A stretch of DNA of 62,400 bases from Ilumatobacteraceae bacterium (GTDB lineage: Bacteria; Actinomycetota; Acidimicrobiia; Acidimicrobiales; Ilumatobacteraceae). A model generated the notes under the pieces. The model searched no databases and had not been told where the DNA came from. It worked only from the letters and a program-made list of their open reading frames with translations. The translations under genes and the position numbers were made by a program. Below are positions 1 through 10,897 of this stretch, piece after piece (within the stretch, counting starts at the first letter, position 1; each line of letters begins with the position of its first letter). The DNA is taken from contig JBIIWI010000001.1 of assembly GCA_044339005.1 (NCBI GenBank), positions 1 through 62,400 on the forward strand. The letters run 5' to 3'.

Positions 1-1358
<1,358 letters not shown>

Positions 1359-1379
1359 ACCAATCGGACAATATTTCTG

Positions 1380-1952
1380 ATGGCGCATTTTGAGCGCATC
1401 TCACGAACAGTTCTGCACGAGTGGGTGTTGTGGAAACTTGTACAAAGTCGCTTTCGGTCTCCTCGTGGTGAGGAATTTGTGCGTACCTATGTTGAGTCCC
1501 CAGGTGCGACCGGCATAGTTCCAATTCGCCTCAATGCCGTTGGCCGGTATGAGGTTGTAATGGTGCGGCAGTATCGACCAGCGCTCGGTGCCTACAGTCT
1601 TGAAATTCCAGCAGGCATGAGGGATGTGGCAGGGGAAGATCCGCAAGCTACCGCACTGCGAGAGTTGCAAGAAGAGACTGGGTTTACTTCTTCGGATGTG
1701 CGACTACTTGGTCAGATTTTGCAGGCTCCCGGAATTACAAATGCTGCTGTGCAACTATTTCTCGCTGTGGGATTGACAGAAGTAGCCATGGATCGGCACG
1801 GCCCTGAGGAAGACGACATGACAGTCGAGATATTGCTCCTCGACGATGCTCTGCTAATGATCGAGACAGGTGAAATTGATAACGCTATGGCTGTGGTCGG
1901 TCTGCTTCGCGCAGATCAAGTGCTCCGAGCCGAAAGTGCTTCTAGCAAATGA
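1380..1952 (+). CDS. NUDIX hydrolase (ADP-ribose pyrophosphatase-like)
   Basis: 190-aa ORF with the Nudix box GMRDVAGEDPQATALRELQEETGF (Gx5Ex7REUxEExGU). Confidence 0.85.
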   Translation: MAHFERISRTVLHEWVLWKLVQSRFRSPRGEEFVRTYVESPGATGIVPIRLNAVGRYEVVMVRQYRPALGAYSLEIPAGMRDVAGEDPQATALRELQEETGFTSSDVRLLGQILQAPGITNAAVQLFLAVGLTEVAMDRHGPEEDDMTVEILLLDDALLMIETGEIDNAMAVVGLLRADQVLRAESASSK

Positions 1953-2875
1953 CGAGTCTGACCGATCGCGAACGGTTCCTGACTTGGATGCGCGTAGAAC
2001 AGGGTCGATCTGACCGAACGATTGAGGCATATGGAAGAGATATCGCACAATATGAGTCGTATCTTGCAATGGCTAAGTCAAATTCGCGGGTGGTCAAGCC
2101 AGCAGTAATAGAGAAGTATGTGGGGCAGCTGCGAGCAAACGAGCGAGCACCCAAAAGTATTGCTCGGCAGTTCGCCGCCATCCGCATGTTTCATCGCTTC
2201 ATGCTTGACGAAGGTCTGCGAACCGACAATCCAACTTCATTCATAGATGGCGTCAAAGTTCCATCTGGCATACCAAAAGCATTGAGCGAGGAAGAAGTTG
2301 AACTGCTTTTAAATGCTGTAACAGGTGTTGACTCTTTGGCGGTGCGTGATCGTGCATTGCTTGAATTTTTGTATGCAACCGGAGCCCGTGTTTCTGAAGC
2401 TTGTGGACTTTCGATGAGCGATTTGGACATGGAGAGCAACGTCGCTCGAGTGTTCGGTAAAGGCTCTAAAGAGCGAATCGTGCCATTCGGCCGTCATGCA
2501 AAAGAGGCTCTCGAGTCTTGGTTGGGTGCTGGTGGAAGACCCATGTTGTGTCCGCAACAGTGGGCGAAACGCGATCATGCTGACGCCGTTTTTCTCGGGT
2601 CGCGCGGTACGCGATTGTCGCGGCAAGCAGCGTGGGGGATTGTGCGTAAATACGCGATGTTGGCTGGTATCAAGAGCGAACTTTCTCCACACGTGCTCAG
2701 GCACTCCTGTGCCACTCACATGTTGGTCCATGGAGCCGATCTTCGAATCGTTCAAGAACTCCTAGGTCATGCATCGGTGAGCACAACGCAGGTGTACACA
2801 AAGGTCGATAACGAGGTGCTGTTCGAGATGTATCGCGAGTCGCATCCACGCGCACGTGTGAAGGCTCATCAATGA
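1949..2875 (+). CDS. xerD: site-specific tyrosine recombinase XerD
   Basis: 308 aa. It has an N-terminal SAM-like domain and a C-terminal catalytic region HVLRHSCATHML...LLGHASVSTTQVYTKV (R-H-R-H-Y signature). An ATGA overlap links it to the upstream gene. Confidence 0.9.
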   Translation: MTSLTDRERFLTWMRVEQGRSDRTIEAYGRDIAQYESYLAMAKSNSRVVKPAVIEKYVGQLRANERAPKSIARQFAAIRMFHRFMLDEGLRTDNPTSFIDGVKVPSGIPKALSEEEVELLLNAVTGVDSLAVRDRALLEFLYATGARVSEACGLSMSDLDMESNVARVFGKGSKERIVPFGRHAKEALESWLGAGGRPMLCPQQWAKRDHADAVFLGSRGTRLSRQAAWGIVRKYAMLAGIKSELSPHVLRHSCATHMLVHGADLRIVQELLGHASVSTTQVYTKVDNEVLFEMYRESHPRARVKAHQ

Positions 2876-3318
2876 GCAAAATTTCACATCTTGCTAAACG
2901 CTTCGTTCTGTCTTTAGTGCCTTCGCAGGTGCAAGAGATAGAGCGTCAGTGGGTGCAATCAGTGTTGACGCCTAGCGAGTTTGATTTGTGGAGCAAGATG
3001 ATGGCGCAGGATCGTCAGCACAGCGTGTTGGTTGGTCGTCGTTTTGTGAAGTATCGACCTGCTTCAAACTCCGCAGAGATCGCCGGAGCGTTATTGCATG
3101 ATGTAGGCAAGTCGGCAGCACAGCTCGGCACGTTGGCTCGGGTTGTTGCAACACTGGTGGGTCCACGCACGAGTCGTTTTCGCCAGTATCACGATCATGA
3201 AGCAATTGGAGCTGCGATGCTCCGGTCCATTGGCAGTGACGAAATCACTGTGTCGATTGTCGAAGGTTCGTGCGTCGGTGATCTCAGAGATGCGCTCAAT
3301 CAAGCCGACAATATTTAG
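2872..3318 (+). CDS. HD-domain protein (putative metal-dependent phosphohydrolase)
   Basis: 148-aa ORF with LLHDVGKS and a later HDHEAIGA histidine cluster. An ATGA overlap links it to xerD. Confidence 0.6.
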   Translation: MSKISHLAKRFVLSLVPSQVQEIERQWVQSVLTPSEFDLWSKMMAQDRQHSVLVGRRFVKYRPASNSAEIAGALLHDVGKSAAQLGTLARVVATLVGPRTSRFRQYHDHEAIGAAMLRSIGSDEITVSIVEGSCVGDLRDALNQADNI

Positions 3319-3340
3319 CTACTAGATGCAGCGTTAGCTG

Positions 3341-4330
3341 TTAGTTGCTTGGATATAAACCAATTGCATTGTGAGCGCGAGCGAGAGTTGCTTGTGCAAT
3401 TTTTGATGCACGCTCTTTACCAAGTGCAAGCAAGTTGCTGAGTTCGGCCGGGTCGGCCATGAGTTCGTGATATCGAGTTTGAATCGGACGAAGCATTTCG
3501 GCAACAGCCTCACCGGTGTCCTGTTTGAGTTTTCCGTACTGTGTGTACGTCGTTGCTAGTGAAGCAGGCGACTCGTTTGTGGCTGCTGCAAGAATTTCGA
3601 GCAAGTTGCTCACACCCGGTTTGCGTTCGCGGTCAAACGCCACTTCATTGTCGCTGTCAGTGACTGCGCGCTTAAACTTTTTGACGATCGATGCTGGGTC
3701 GTCGAGTAGATAGATGATTCCGGCTTCACCGTCACCAGACTTACTCATTTTGTTGGTTGGTTCCTGTAAATCCATCACTCGAGCGCCCGTTGGTGGAGTC
3801 ACGGCTTTAGGAACTACAAATGTGTCACCGAAACGATGGTTGAAGCGAAGAGCTATGTCACGGGTGATTTCAATGTGCTGCCGTTGGTCGTCGCCAACAG
3901 GTACTTCGGCCGCATCGTAGAGCAGGATGTCTGCAGCTTGGAGGGCTGGGTAGGTAAAGAGCCCAGCCGATACAAAATCAGCCTCACGCTTTGCTGATTT
4001 ATCTTTAAATTGTGTCATTCGACTGAGTTCGCCGAAACTGACAGTGCACTCCATGATCCAACCCAATTGACTGTGTTCGGGAATGTGGCTTTGGACAAAA
4101 ACTGTCGCGACCTGAGGATCGAGCCCAACAGCAAACAATATTGCAGCCAATTGCAGCGTTTGCTTGCCGAGCACTCCTGGAGTATCCGTGACTGTGAGAG
4201 CATGAAGGTCGACGATGCCGTGAAAAACGTCGTTTGTGTGCTGTCCTGATACCCAATTTCGTAGCGCACCCAAGTAGTTGCCGAGATGGACTTCTCCGGT
4301 TGGTTGAATGCAGGAAAGGACTCTGGCCAC
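3341..4330 (-). CDS. trpS: tryptophan--tRNA ligase
   Basis: 329 aa. Class I signature HLGNYLGA (HIGH-type) and a KMSKS motif are both present. Confidence 0.95.
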   Translation of the reverse strand: MARVLSCIQPTGEVHLGNYLGALRNWVSGQHTNDVFHGIVDLHALTVTDTPGVLGKQTLQLAAILFAVGLDPQVATVFVQSHIPEHSQLGWIMECTVSFGELSRMTQFKDKSAKREADFVSAGLFTYPALQAADILLYDAAEVPVGDDQRQHIEITRDIALRFNHRFGDTFVVPKAVTPPTGARVMDLQEPTNKMSKSGDGEAGIIYLLDDPASIVKKFKRAVTDSDNEVAFDRERKPGVSNLLEILAAATNESPASLATTYTQYGKLKQDTGEAVAEMLRPIQTRYHELMADPAELSNLLALGKERASKIAQATLARAHNAIGLYPSN

Positions 4331-4401
4331 GTCATTACGCTAGTGCAAACCGCTTGTGCAAACGACCGATTAAACGTCTGTTTGATATATCCTTGTGCGC
4401 G

Positions 4402-5181
4402 ATGGCATACGAGGTAAACACCCCGGTCTTTGATGGCCCGTTTGATTTGCTTCTGCATCTGATTTTGCAAGAAGAAGTTGATATCCACGAAGTATCGCTC
4501 CTACGCATTGTCGAGGCGTATCTCGTGGAGGTTCAGCGGATGCAAACTTTTGACATTGAAATTGCTACCGAGTTTTTGCTTATCGCAGCGACTCTCGTTG
4601 AGTTGAAGACCCGAAGATTGCTGCCAGGCAAGGCAGATATGGACCTCGATGAGGAACTCGCGCTGTGGGAAGAACGAGATTTGTTGCTTGCTCGCTTGTT
4701 GGACTGCAAGACCTTTAAGGATGTTGCGGGAGTTTTCAGTGAACTAGTCGAAAAGGCAGGTTTGAGCTTTGCTCGGATGGCCGGACCCGATGAACGTTTC
4801 GCGGAGTTGATGCCCGATCTGTTGGAGGGCGTCACTCCAGTCAGATTGCAGCGTGCCTTTATGCGTGCGGTGCAACCAAAGCCACCGACAACCATCGATC
4901 TGTATCACGTGGCTCCAATTCGAGCGAGCGTTGCTGAAGCGTTGATGGAATTGTTGGATGTGTTGCCGAGTCTTGGGAGGGTCACCTTTGCCCAACTCAC
5001 TGAGGCAATACACGATCGCATTGCGGTCGTCTGTCGATTTCTTGCAATTCTTGAGCTGTACAAGCAAGGTCGAGTCGATCTTGAGCAGAGCGACAAATTT
5101 GGTGACATTCAGGTGTTGTGGACTGGCGGCAATGACGTCGGTTTTGAAGCGGTCTTTAATATTGATGATTACGAAGGATGA
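4402..5181 (+). CDS. scpA: segregation and condensation protein A
   Basis: ScpA-like N-terminus MAYEVNTPVFDGPFDLLLHLILQEEVDIHEVSL. I chose the ATG at 4402 because the longer ORF from 4234 overlaps trpS. scpB lies directly downstream. Confidence 0.85.
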   Translation: MAYEVNTPVFDGPFDLLLHLILQEEVDIHEVSLLRIVEAYLVEVQRMQTFDIEIATEFLLIAATLVELKTRRLLPGKADMDLDEELALWEERDLLLARLLDCKTFKDVAGVFSELVEKAGLSFARMAGPDERFAELMPDLLEGVTPVRLQRAFMRAVQPKPPTTIDLYHVAPIRASVAEALMELLDVLPSLGRVTFAQLTEAIHDRIAVVCRFLAILELYKQGRVDLEQSDKFGDIQVLWTGGNDVGFEAVFNIDDYEG

Positions 5182-5204
5182 TTTTGCAATGAAAGGTTTA
5201 ACAA

Positions 5205-5828
5205 ATGTCTGATGAAGAAACAGAGATCAGTGCGGATATTGTTCGCGCTCTTGAAGGAATCTTGCTTGTTGCAATGGAACCTGTTGACCCAGCATTGCTT
5301 GCGCAGTTGCTTGAGCAACCACTGGCGGTTGTAGAAGGCCTTTGTGACCGTTTGTCGATGGCGTATGACGAGGCAGGGCATGGTTTTCAACTCGTCAAAG
5401 TGGCCGGTGGATATCGATTCCAATCGCACCCTGATGTGTCTGCATATGTTGAGCGATTTGTGCTCGACAGCCAGCAAGCCCGCATTTCATCTGCCGCTTT
5501 AGAAACCTTGGCGATCATTGCGTACAAGCAGCCACTGTCGCGACAGCAAGTTGCATCCATCCGTGGTGTCGATCCAGATGCAGTAATGCGCACGTTGCAA
5601 GCTCGTGGTTACATCACTGAAGTGTCTCGAGATGACGGTCCGGGTCAAGCAATTCTGTTTGGTACCACGGCAATGTTTCTTGAGCGTCTCGGACTTGACT
5701 CGCTTGCATCGCTGCCGCCAATTGCAGATTTCGTGCCGCCAGCCGAAGTTGTAGAGGCGCTCGAACAAGGATTGCGCATCGTCCCTTCAAACCCGATGGG
5801 TGCAGCTCGAAACGAAGTTGAGGGGTAG
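5205..5828 (+). CDS. scpB: segregation and condensation protein B
   Basis: 207 aa. Winged-helix ScpB pattern (LEGILLVAMEPV..., LETLAIIAYKQPLSRQQVASIRGV) and position after scpA. Confidence 0.85.
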   Translation: MSDEETEISADIVRALEGILLVAMEPVDPALLAQLLEQPLAVVEGLCDRLSMAYDEAGHGFQLVKVAGGYRFQSHPDVSAYVERFVLDSQQARISSAALETLAIIAYKQPLSRQQVASIRGVDPDAVMRTLQARGYITEVSRDDGPGQAILFGTTAMFLERLGLDSLASLPPIADFVPPAEVVEALEQGLRIVPSNPMGAARNEVEG

Positions 5829-5935
5829 TTATTTCTTCATCAACGCCGGGAGGCGACGATCATCTACACGAAGGCGAACGACTGCAAAAGGTTTTAGCTC
5901 GCCATGGTTGGGGTAGTCGCCGTGCTTGTGAGGAA

Positions 5936-6583
5936 ATGATTGCCGAAGAGCGAGTAACGGTAAATGGTGAGATAGCAATCTTGGGTCGAAGAGTTGATGT
6001 CGAGATTGACCGCATTGAGATTGATGGCGCGCCGGTTGGAGTGCGACCAGATGTTGTGTACTACTTGCTCAACAAGCCCGTTGATGTGATCTCGACAGCG
6101 ATCGACACTCATGGCCGAGAAACCGTAGTTGATTTGGTTCCATTGGAACCGCGAGTATTTCCTGTTGGTCGCCTCGATGCAGACTCTGAAGGATTATTAC
6201 TGCTTACCAACGATGGCGAACTGACCAATCGCATAACGCATCCGAGTTATGGCTTAGAAAAAGAATATCTTGTGCATGTTGAGTGTTCGTCTGCTGGAGT
6301 GAACAACACGGCAATCAGTCGATTGCGAAATGGCATTGAGCTTGATGATGGATTGACAGCACCCGCCGATGTCAGTCAATTGCAGCCTGGCGTTCTACGA
6401 GTGGTCATTCATGAGGGAAGAAATCGACAGATACGTCGCATGTGTGAGGAAGTCGGATATCCAGTTGCACGACTTGTACGCGTTCGCATTGGCCCTCTGG
6501 TTGACAGGCATCTGCTGCCAGGTCAATGGAGGCATCTCACGAATGCCGAGGTCAGACTGCTAATTGAATCAGTTGCTCAGTAG
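5936..6583 (+). CDS. rluB: 23S rRNA pseudouridine synthase (RluB/RsuA family). The true start is probably upstream of the first ATG.
   Basis: Catalytic motif GRLDADSEGLLLLTNDG. The S4-domain sequence ERLQKVLARHGWGSRRACEEM is encoded in frame upstream of the ATG at 5936 (frame open from 5822) with no ATG/GTG/TTG available. See findings. Confidence 0.85.
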   Translation: MIAEERVTVNGEIAILGRRVDVEIDRIEIDGAPVGVRPDVVYYLLNKPVDVISTAIDTHGRETVVDLVPLEPRVFPVGRLDADSEGLLLLTNDGELTNRITHPSYGLEKEYLVHVECSSAGVNNTAISRLRNGIELDDGLTAPADVSQLQPGVLRVVIHEGRNRQIRRMCEEVGYPVARLVRVRIGPLVDRHLLPGQWRHLTNAEVRLLIESVAQ

Positions 6584-7667
6584 CCCACGAGTAGAATTAG
6601 CAATTGTGACGCAAAAACGAGCGAATGTCTTCGGTCTTGGTTTGATCGGTGGCTCGCTCGGTCTCGCGCTGGCGAGCAGGGGTTGGCACGTCACTGGATG
6701 TGACTCCGTTGAAGACATCGAGCGCCAGGCGCTTTCGCTCGGAATCATCCAAAAGATTGGTGTAGATAAAGACGCCGCAATCACTTTCGTTGCGACGCCA
6801 GTTTCATCTATTGCGGATCAGGTCGTTCGAGCACTTGCCGAAACCACTGGATTGGTGACAGATGTTGGCGGAGTGAAAGCTCACCTCGTTGGGCAAATCA
6901 ATGATCCACGATTTATCGGCGGACACCCAATGGCCGGAAGCGAGCTCATCGGTTTGGCTGGAGCAGACTCCAAACTGTTTGAAGGTGCCGTTTGGGTATT
7001 GACGCCGTCTGTAGGTATTTCAGACAGCAATTTTGAACAAGTCGCTGGAGTGGTGACAGAACTTGGCTCGGAAATTGTCGTGCTTGATCCGCAGCGGCAC
7101 GACCAACTTGTGGCGATAGTCAGTCACCTTCCTCATCTAACAGCAGCAGCATTGATGGGACTAGCGAGTGAGAGGTCAGAAGAACATGTCGCTGTTTTGC
7201 GGCTTGCAGCAGGCGGCTTTAGGGACATGACTCGAGTCGCATCTGGACACCCTGCAATATGGATCGATATATGTAGAGAAAACAGAGATGCGATCGTTAT
7301 TGCTCTAGATGGGCTGATTGACGGTCTTGTTCAAATGAAACAGATTGTTGAGCAAGGCGATTCAAAAGAGCTGATGGCTCGTTTGCAGCAATCTCGAATC
7401 GCGCGATCCAATTTGCCAAGTCGTGTGCGCGATCTGATGGATGTGGTCGAGGTACGCGTTCCAATTCCTGACAGATCTGGTGCGGCCGCAGAGATATTCA
7501 CTCTGGCTGCAGAACTTGGCGTAAACATTGCAAACTTCGAAGTCGCTCACTCCGTTGAGGGCGAACGAGGAGTATTGGTGCTTGTGGTTGAGCAGTCCAG
7601 TCAGGATGTATTTCGTGGAGGTCTGATTGCTCGTGGGTTCAGGCCGATATTGCAACAGATTTCATGA
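6564..7667 (+). CDS. tyrA: prephenate dehydrogenase with a C-terminal ACT-like domain
   Basis: Rossmann motif GLGLIGGSLGLAL, a GGHPMAGSE motif and a C-terminal regulatory domain. The start is TTG at 6564 or GTG at 6606. Confidence 0.85.
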   Translation: MNQLLSSPRVELAIVTQKRANVFGLGLIGGSLGLALASRGWHVTGCDSVEDIERQALSLGIIQKIGVDKDAAITFVATPVSSIADQVVRALAETTGLVTDVGGVKAHLVGQINDPRFIGGHPMAGSELIGLAGADSKLFEGAVWVLTPSVGISDSNFEQVAGVVTELGSEIVVLDPQRHDQLVAIVSHLPHLTAAALMGLASERSEEHVAVLRLAAGGFRDMTRVASGHPAIWIDICRENRDAIVIALDGLIDGLVQMKQIVEQGDSKELMARLQQSRIARSNLPSRVRDLMDVVEVRVPIPDRSGAAAEIFTLAAELGVNIANFEVAHSVEGERGVLVLVVEQSSQDVFRGGLIARGFRPILQQIS

Positions 7668-8941
7668 CGCAGCAAAGCAAGTACGCAGTCGTCGTAAAGA
7701 GCGGAATGCTTGATGCCGTTGTCAATGTCCCGGGATCAAAATCGATTGCAAACCGCGCACTGATTTGTGCTGCACTAGCACGCGGCGCATCAACCATAAA
7801 AGGATTGCCCGATGGAGACGACACGCACGCAATGTTGCAGAGCCTGCAAGCGCTCGGAGCAACTATTTTGCTTGAGAAATCTGATGCCCGAATCGAAACT
7901 GCTATTGATGTAGATCGCTCAGAGCCTATTTCTGTCAATGCCAACCTGGCGGGTACTACCGCACGATTCTTGACTGCAGTAGGTGCTTTGCGTCGCGGAC
8001 AACTGACAGTGACTGGTAATGAGTCATTACGTAGTCGACCAATGAAAGATCTGCACGTTGCTTTGGGTGAACTTGGTGCAATCCTTTCATGGCAAGACGA
8101 AGAGTATTGCTTACCCGTTACGGTTCAAAGAGGCGAATCTTACGCGCATTCAATTCAAGTCGCATCGAATACTTCATCACAGTTTGTGACCGCATTGATG
8201 CTTATCGCGCCAATGTTGAAAAATGGATTGAGGATCGAACTTGTCGGTAATGTCATTTCTCTTCCGTACATCACGATGTCGGCATCGGTGATGAGGGCCT
8301 TCGGGGCAAATGTGCGTGTTTTGGATGAGCGCAACATCGTGATTGATGGCGGAGGATATGTTGGCTGCGAATTCACTGTAGAACCAGACGCGAGTTCGGC
8401 TTCGTACCCACTCGCTGCAGCCGCAGTCATTGGTGGTCGTGTTCGTGTAAATGGCATGTCGTCCAACATGATGCAGGGTGACAGTCGTTTCGTTGATGTC
8501 TTGAGACAAATGGGTTGTGCGGTGTTGGAAGATCAGTCTGGAATCACAATAAGTCGGGATGTTGGCACGCCGTTGCTGGGTATTGATATCGACATGTCTG
8601 AAATTTCAGATTTGGTTCCGACACTCGCCGTTGTCGCCATGTTCGCGACAACATCAACTCGTATACGCGGTGTTGGCTTTATCCGCAATAAAGAGAGTGA
8701 TCGCATTGGGGATCTTGCAAATGAAATGCGAAAGCTGGGTGCGAATGTTGTTGAGCATCCCGACGGCCTAGAAATTACGCCTCAGTCCTTGCATGCTGGT
8801 CGATGTGACACACATCATGATCATCGATTGGCAATGGCATTTGGGGTTGCTGGACTGAAACACCCTGGCGTCATCATCGACCAGCCACAAGTCGTCAGCA
8901 AAAGCTGGCCCGATTTTTGGCAGATGATTGAGGCCTTATGA
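7664..8941 (+). CDS. aroA: 3-phosphoshikimate 1-carboxyvinyltransferase (EPSP synthase)
   Basis: 425 aa. Contains VPGSKSIANRAL, the motif HHDHRLAMAF and an EPSPS-like length. An ATGA overlap links it to tyrA. Confidence 0.93.
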   Translation: MTQQSKYAVVVKSGMLDAVVNVPGSKSIANRALICAALARGASTIKGLPDGDDTHAMLQSLQALGATILLEKSDARIETAIDVDRSEPISVNANLAGTTARFLTAVGALRRGQLTVTGNESLRSRPMKDLHVALGELGAILSWQDEEYCLPVTVQRGESYAHSIQVASNTSSQFVTALMLIAPMLKNGLRIELVGNVISLPYITMSASVMRAFGANVRVLDERNIVIDGGGYVGCEFTVEPDASSASYPLAAAAVIGGRVRVNGMSSNMMQGDSRFVDVLRQMGCAVLEDQSGITISRDVGTPLLGIDIDMSEISDLVPTLAVVAMFATTSTRIRGVGFIRNKESDRIGDLANEMRKLGANVVEHPDGLEITPQSLHAGRCDTHHDHRLAMAFGVAGLKHPGVIIDQPQVVSKSWPDFWQMIEAL

Positions 8942-9174
8942 CACCCCCGATTCTCAGGGATGACTATCTCATAAAGCCAATTACTCGGCGCCTGCAGGGG
9001 ACACACCCACATTTCGCACAAATTATGAAACGCCACGCCGAGGCTGTCGCCACAAGGCTGCCGTGTTATCAAGATCCAGTTTCGGGGCTGTCGGTCATGA
9101 CCGCCGAGTTTCTGGCTTCGCGCAATTATTGTTGCGAGAGCGGATGTCGTCACTGCCCTTATGTGACCGACTGA
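8938..9174 (+). CDS. small Cys-rich protein with a C-terminal CCxSGCRHCPY motif (DUF5522-like)
   Basis: 78-aa ORF ending ...NYCCESGCRHCPYVTD. An ATGA overlap links it to aroA. The family assignment is from memory of the motif only. Confidence 0.6.
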   Translation: MTPPILRDDYLIKPITRRLQGTHPHFAQIMKRHAEAVATRLPCYQDPVSGLSVMTAEFLASRNYCCESGCRHCPYVTD

Positions 9175-9218
9175 TGAACTAGATTGAGTATTTCACGAGC
9201 TGTAGTAAAGGGGTCGAG

Positions 9219-9716
9219 TTGAGCGAAGAACGAGAAATAATGACGTGGGAGTCCTTCGGAGTCGCGAGTCGCGAACTTGCAGTGATGGTGGCCAAGAGTG
9301 GTTACGAACCCGACATTATTCTTGCGATTGCCCGCGGAGGACTGCTTGCTGCCGGCGCATTGGGTTACGCGCTCTCAGTGAAAAATACCTACACCATGAA
9401 TGTCGAGTTTTACACTGGCGTCAATGAGCGACTTGCAGTGCCGATGATTCTGCCTCCGGTTCCAAGCCTCGTTGATTTGAAGGACTCGAAAGTTTTGATT
9501 GTGGACGACGTGGCGGACACTGGTCATACCTTGAAACATGTGCTCGAATTTTGCAAAGGTCAGTTAGCTGACACTCGACTTGCAGTGTTGTACGAGAAGT
9601 CACAGTCAATCATCAAGTGTGACTACGTGTGGAAGCACACCGATCAGTGGATCAATTTCCCTTGGAGCGATAAAGATCCAGTGGCCCAGCGTAAGTGGAG
9701 CGTGAAAGACGCCTGA
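9219..9716 (+). CDS. purine phosphoribosyltransferase (Gpt/Xpt-like)
   Basis: 165 aa. PRPP-binding loop VLIVDDVADTGHTL. The overall layout resembles xanthine-guanine PRTs (ARGGL...ending FPW). Confidence 0.8.
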   Translation: MSEEREIMTWESFGVASRELAVMVAKSGYEPDIILAIARGGLLAAGALGYALSVKNTYTMNVEFYTGVNERLAVPMILPPVPSLVDLKDSKVLIVDDVADTGHTLKHVLEFCKGQLADTRLAVLYEKSQSIIKCDYVWKHTDQWINFPWSDKDPVAQRKWSVKDA

Positions 9717-9721
9717 TTCAA

Positions 9722-10897
9722 TTACCCCTGGTAGGTAATTGAAGCATCCAAAAATTCGTTGTTCGTAATATCGCCTGCTGCGATATCGGCAATCTCAAGA
9801 CCCTGCTCGCGCAAGATAGGTGTTGCCTTGGCAATGAAGTCATTGACGCGTGTTTCTTCCAAGTCGCCAAATGTTGCGGTTTCGCCGTTTCCGACGATTC
9901 CTAGATCCTTTTGTGATGCAGCACCATTGGCAACGTCGCCCTCTGACTGACTCCACCAGCTGTCGTAAGTCTTTACGGTTGAGATAATCAGTGCATTGGC
10001 TCGAGAAGGGTCAGCGATGTAGTCAATCTGGGCCTGTTGTAATACAGGAACAATCTTTTCGAGACATGGGCGAAGTTCCTCAAGGCGATCCTTACGAATT
10101 GCCAAGTTCTGAGCGTATGAGTTCCAGCCTGCTTCATGAATGAGTTGATAACCAGTTGTGATGGCACCAGTTTCAAGGTTTGCATATTTGTACGGCTCAG
10201 AAGTTACGAAACCTTGGTGCGCTGCATCGTCTGTTGCGAGCAGCAAATTGCCTTTGTAGTTGGAGTCAACCTGATCTTTGTTGATGAGTCCCTGTGCGAT
10301 GAAATACTTCATCCAGGAAGGTTCTCCATAAACGTAAAACGACTTGACAGTTTTGGCAGCCTCAGCAATAGTTTTAGTTTCTGGATGCTTGGTGGCATCC
10401 CACAATAAAACTTGCGGGTTTACGTTAAGAGCGTTAAATACCGCAAGAGTTGGAGCATCGTTGTAACGAGTGATGGCCACATCGGTTCCTACGTAGCCAA
10501 AAGTGATTGCATTGTCTTGGTACATCTCGGTAACAACAGGGGATTCGAGGAATGGACCACCAGCACGAATTTCGAGGTTCACACCTGTTGGTTCTCCGTT
10601 GACAACCAGCGATCCGGTTACTGCACCGTTGTCTTTTGATGCGACGGCATCATCGCCTATGAGTTGATAAACACCACCGTGTTCAGACTCAGGAAACCAG
10701 TCGGTTTGGACAACAACTGTGGCTGGACAAACGCCAGCAAGTGAAACTCCGGTTGCCGACGCGGCTACAGCAGTTGTGTCTGTTGCTACCGAGTCGCTGC
10801 TTCCACATGCACTCAGAAGTGATAGGGCGGCACCCAACGTGATTGCACTAGTGATCGTCAAGTTTCGCTTGCTCATGTTGTTTATCTCTCTTTTCAT
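9722..10897 (-). CDS. ABC transporter substrate-binding lipoprotein (NMT1/THI5-like, nitrate/sulfonate/bicarbonate family)
   Basis: Signal peptide with lipobox LSACGS. The start was chosen at the ATGA overlap with the permease stop (10894-10897). The alternative start is the ATG at 10876. Confidence 0.8.
   Translation of the reverse strand: MKREINNMSKRNLTITSAITLGAALSLLSACGSSDSVATDTTAVAASATGVSLAGVCPATVVVQTDWFPESEHGGVYQLIGDDAVASKDNGAVTGSLVVNGEPTGVNLEIRAGGPFLESPVVTEMYQDNAITFGYVGTDVAITRYNDAPTLAVFNALNVNPQVLLWDATKHPETKTIAEAAKTVKSFYVYGEPSWMKYFIAQGLINKDQVDSNYKGNLLLATDDAAHQGFVTSEPYKYANLETGAITTGYQLIHEAGWNSYAQNLAIRKDRLEELRPCLEKIVPVLQQAQIDYIADPSRANALIISTVKTYDSWWSQSEGDVANGAASQKDLGIVGNGETATFGDLEETRVNDFIAKATPILREQGLEIADIAAGDITNNEFLDASITYQG

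Noticed and set aside
4234-4401. Long N-terminal extensions in the ORF track for scpA. The same pattern occurs for the HIT protein (to 22719), the pgsA-like gene (from 22427), pafA (to 43160), nagA (from 53554), tkt (from 55080), the holin-like ORF (to 50040) and the FHA gene (from 23145).
   Set aside because: The extensions overlap neighbouring genes and lack family-like sequence. Internal starts give canonical N-termini such as [13 protein letters not shown] for PafA and MPSLFTRIILGEIPG for the HIT protein.
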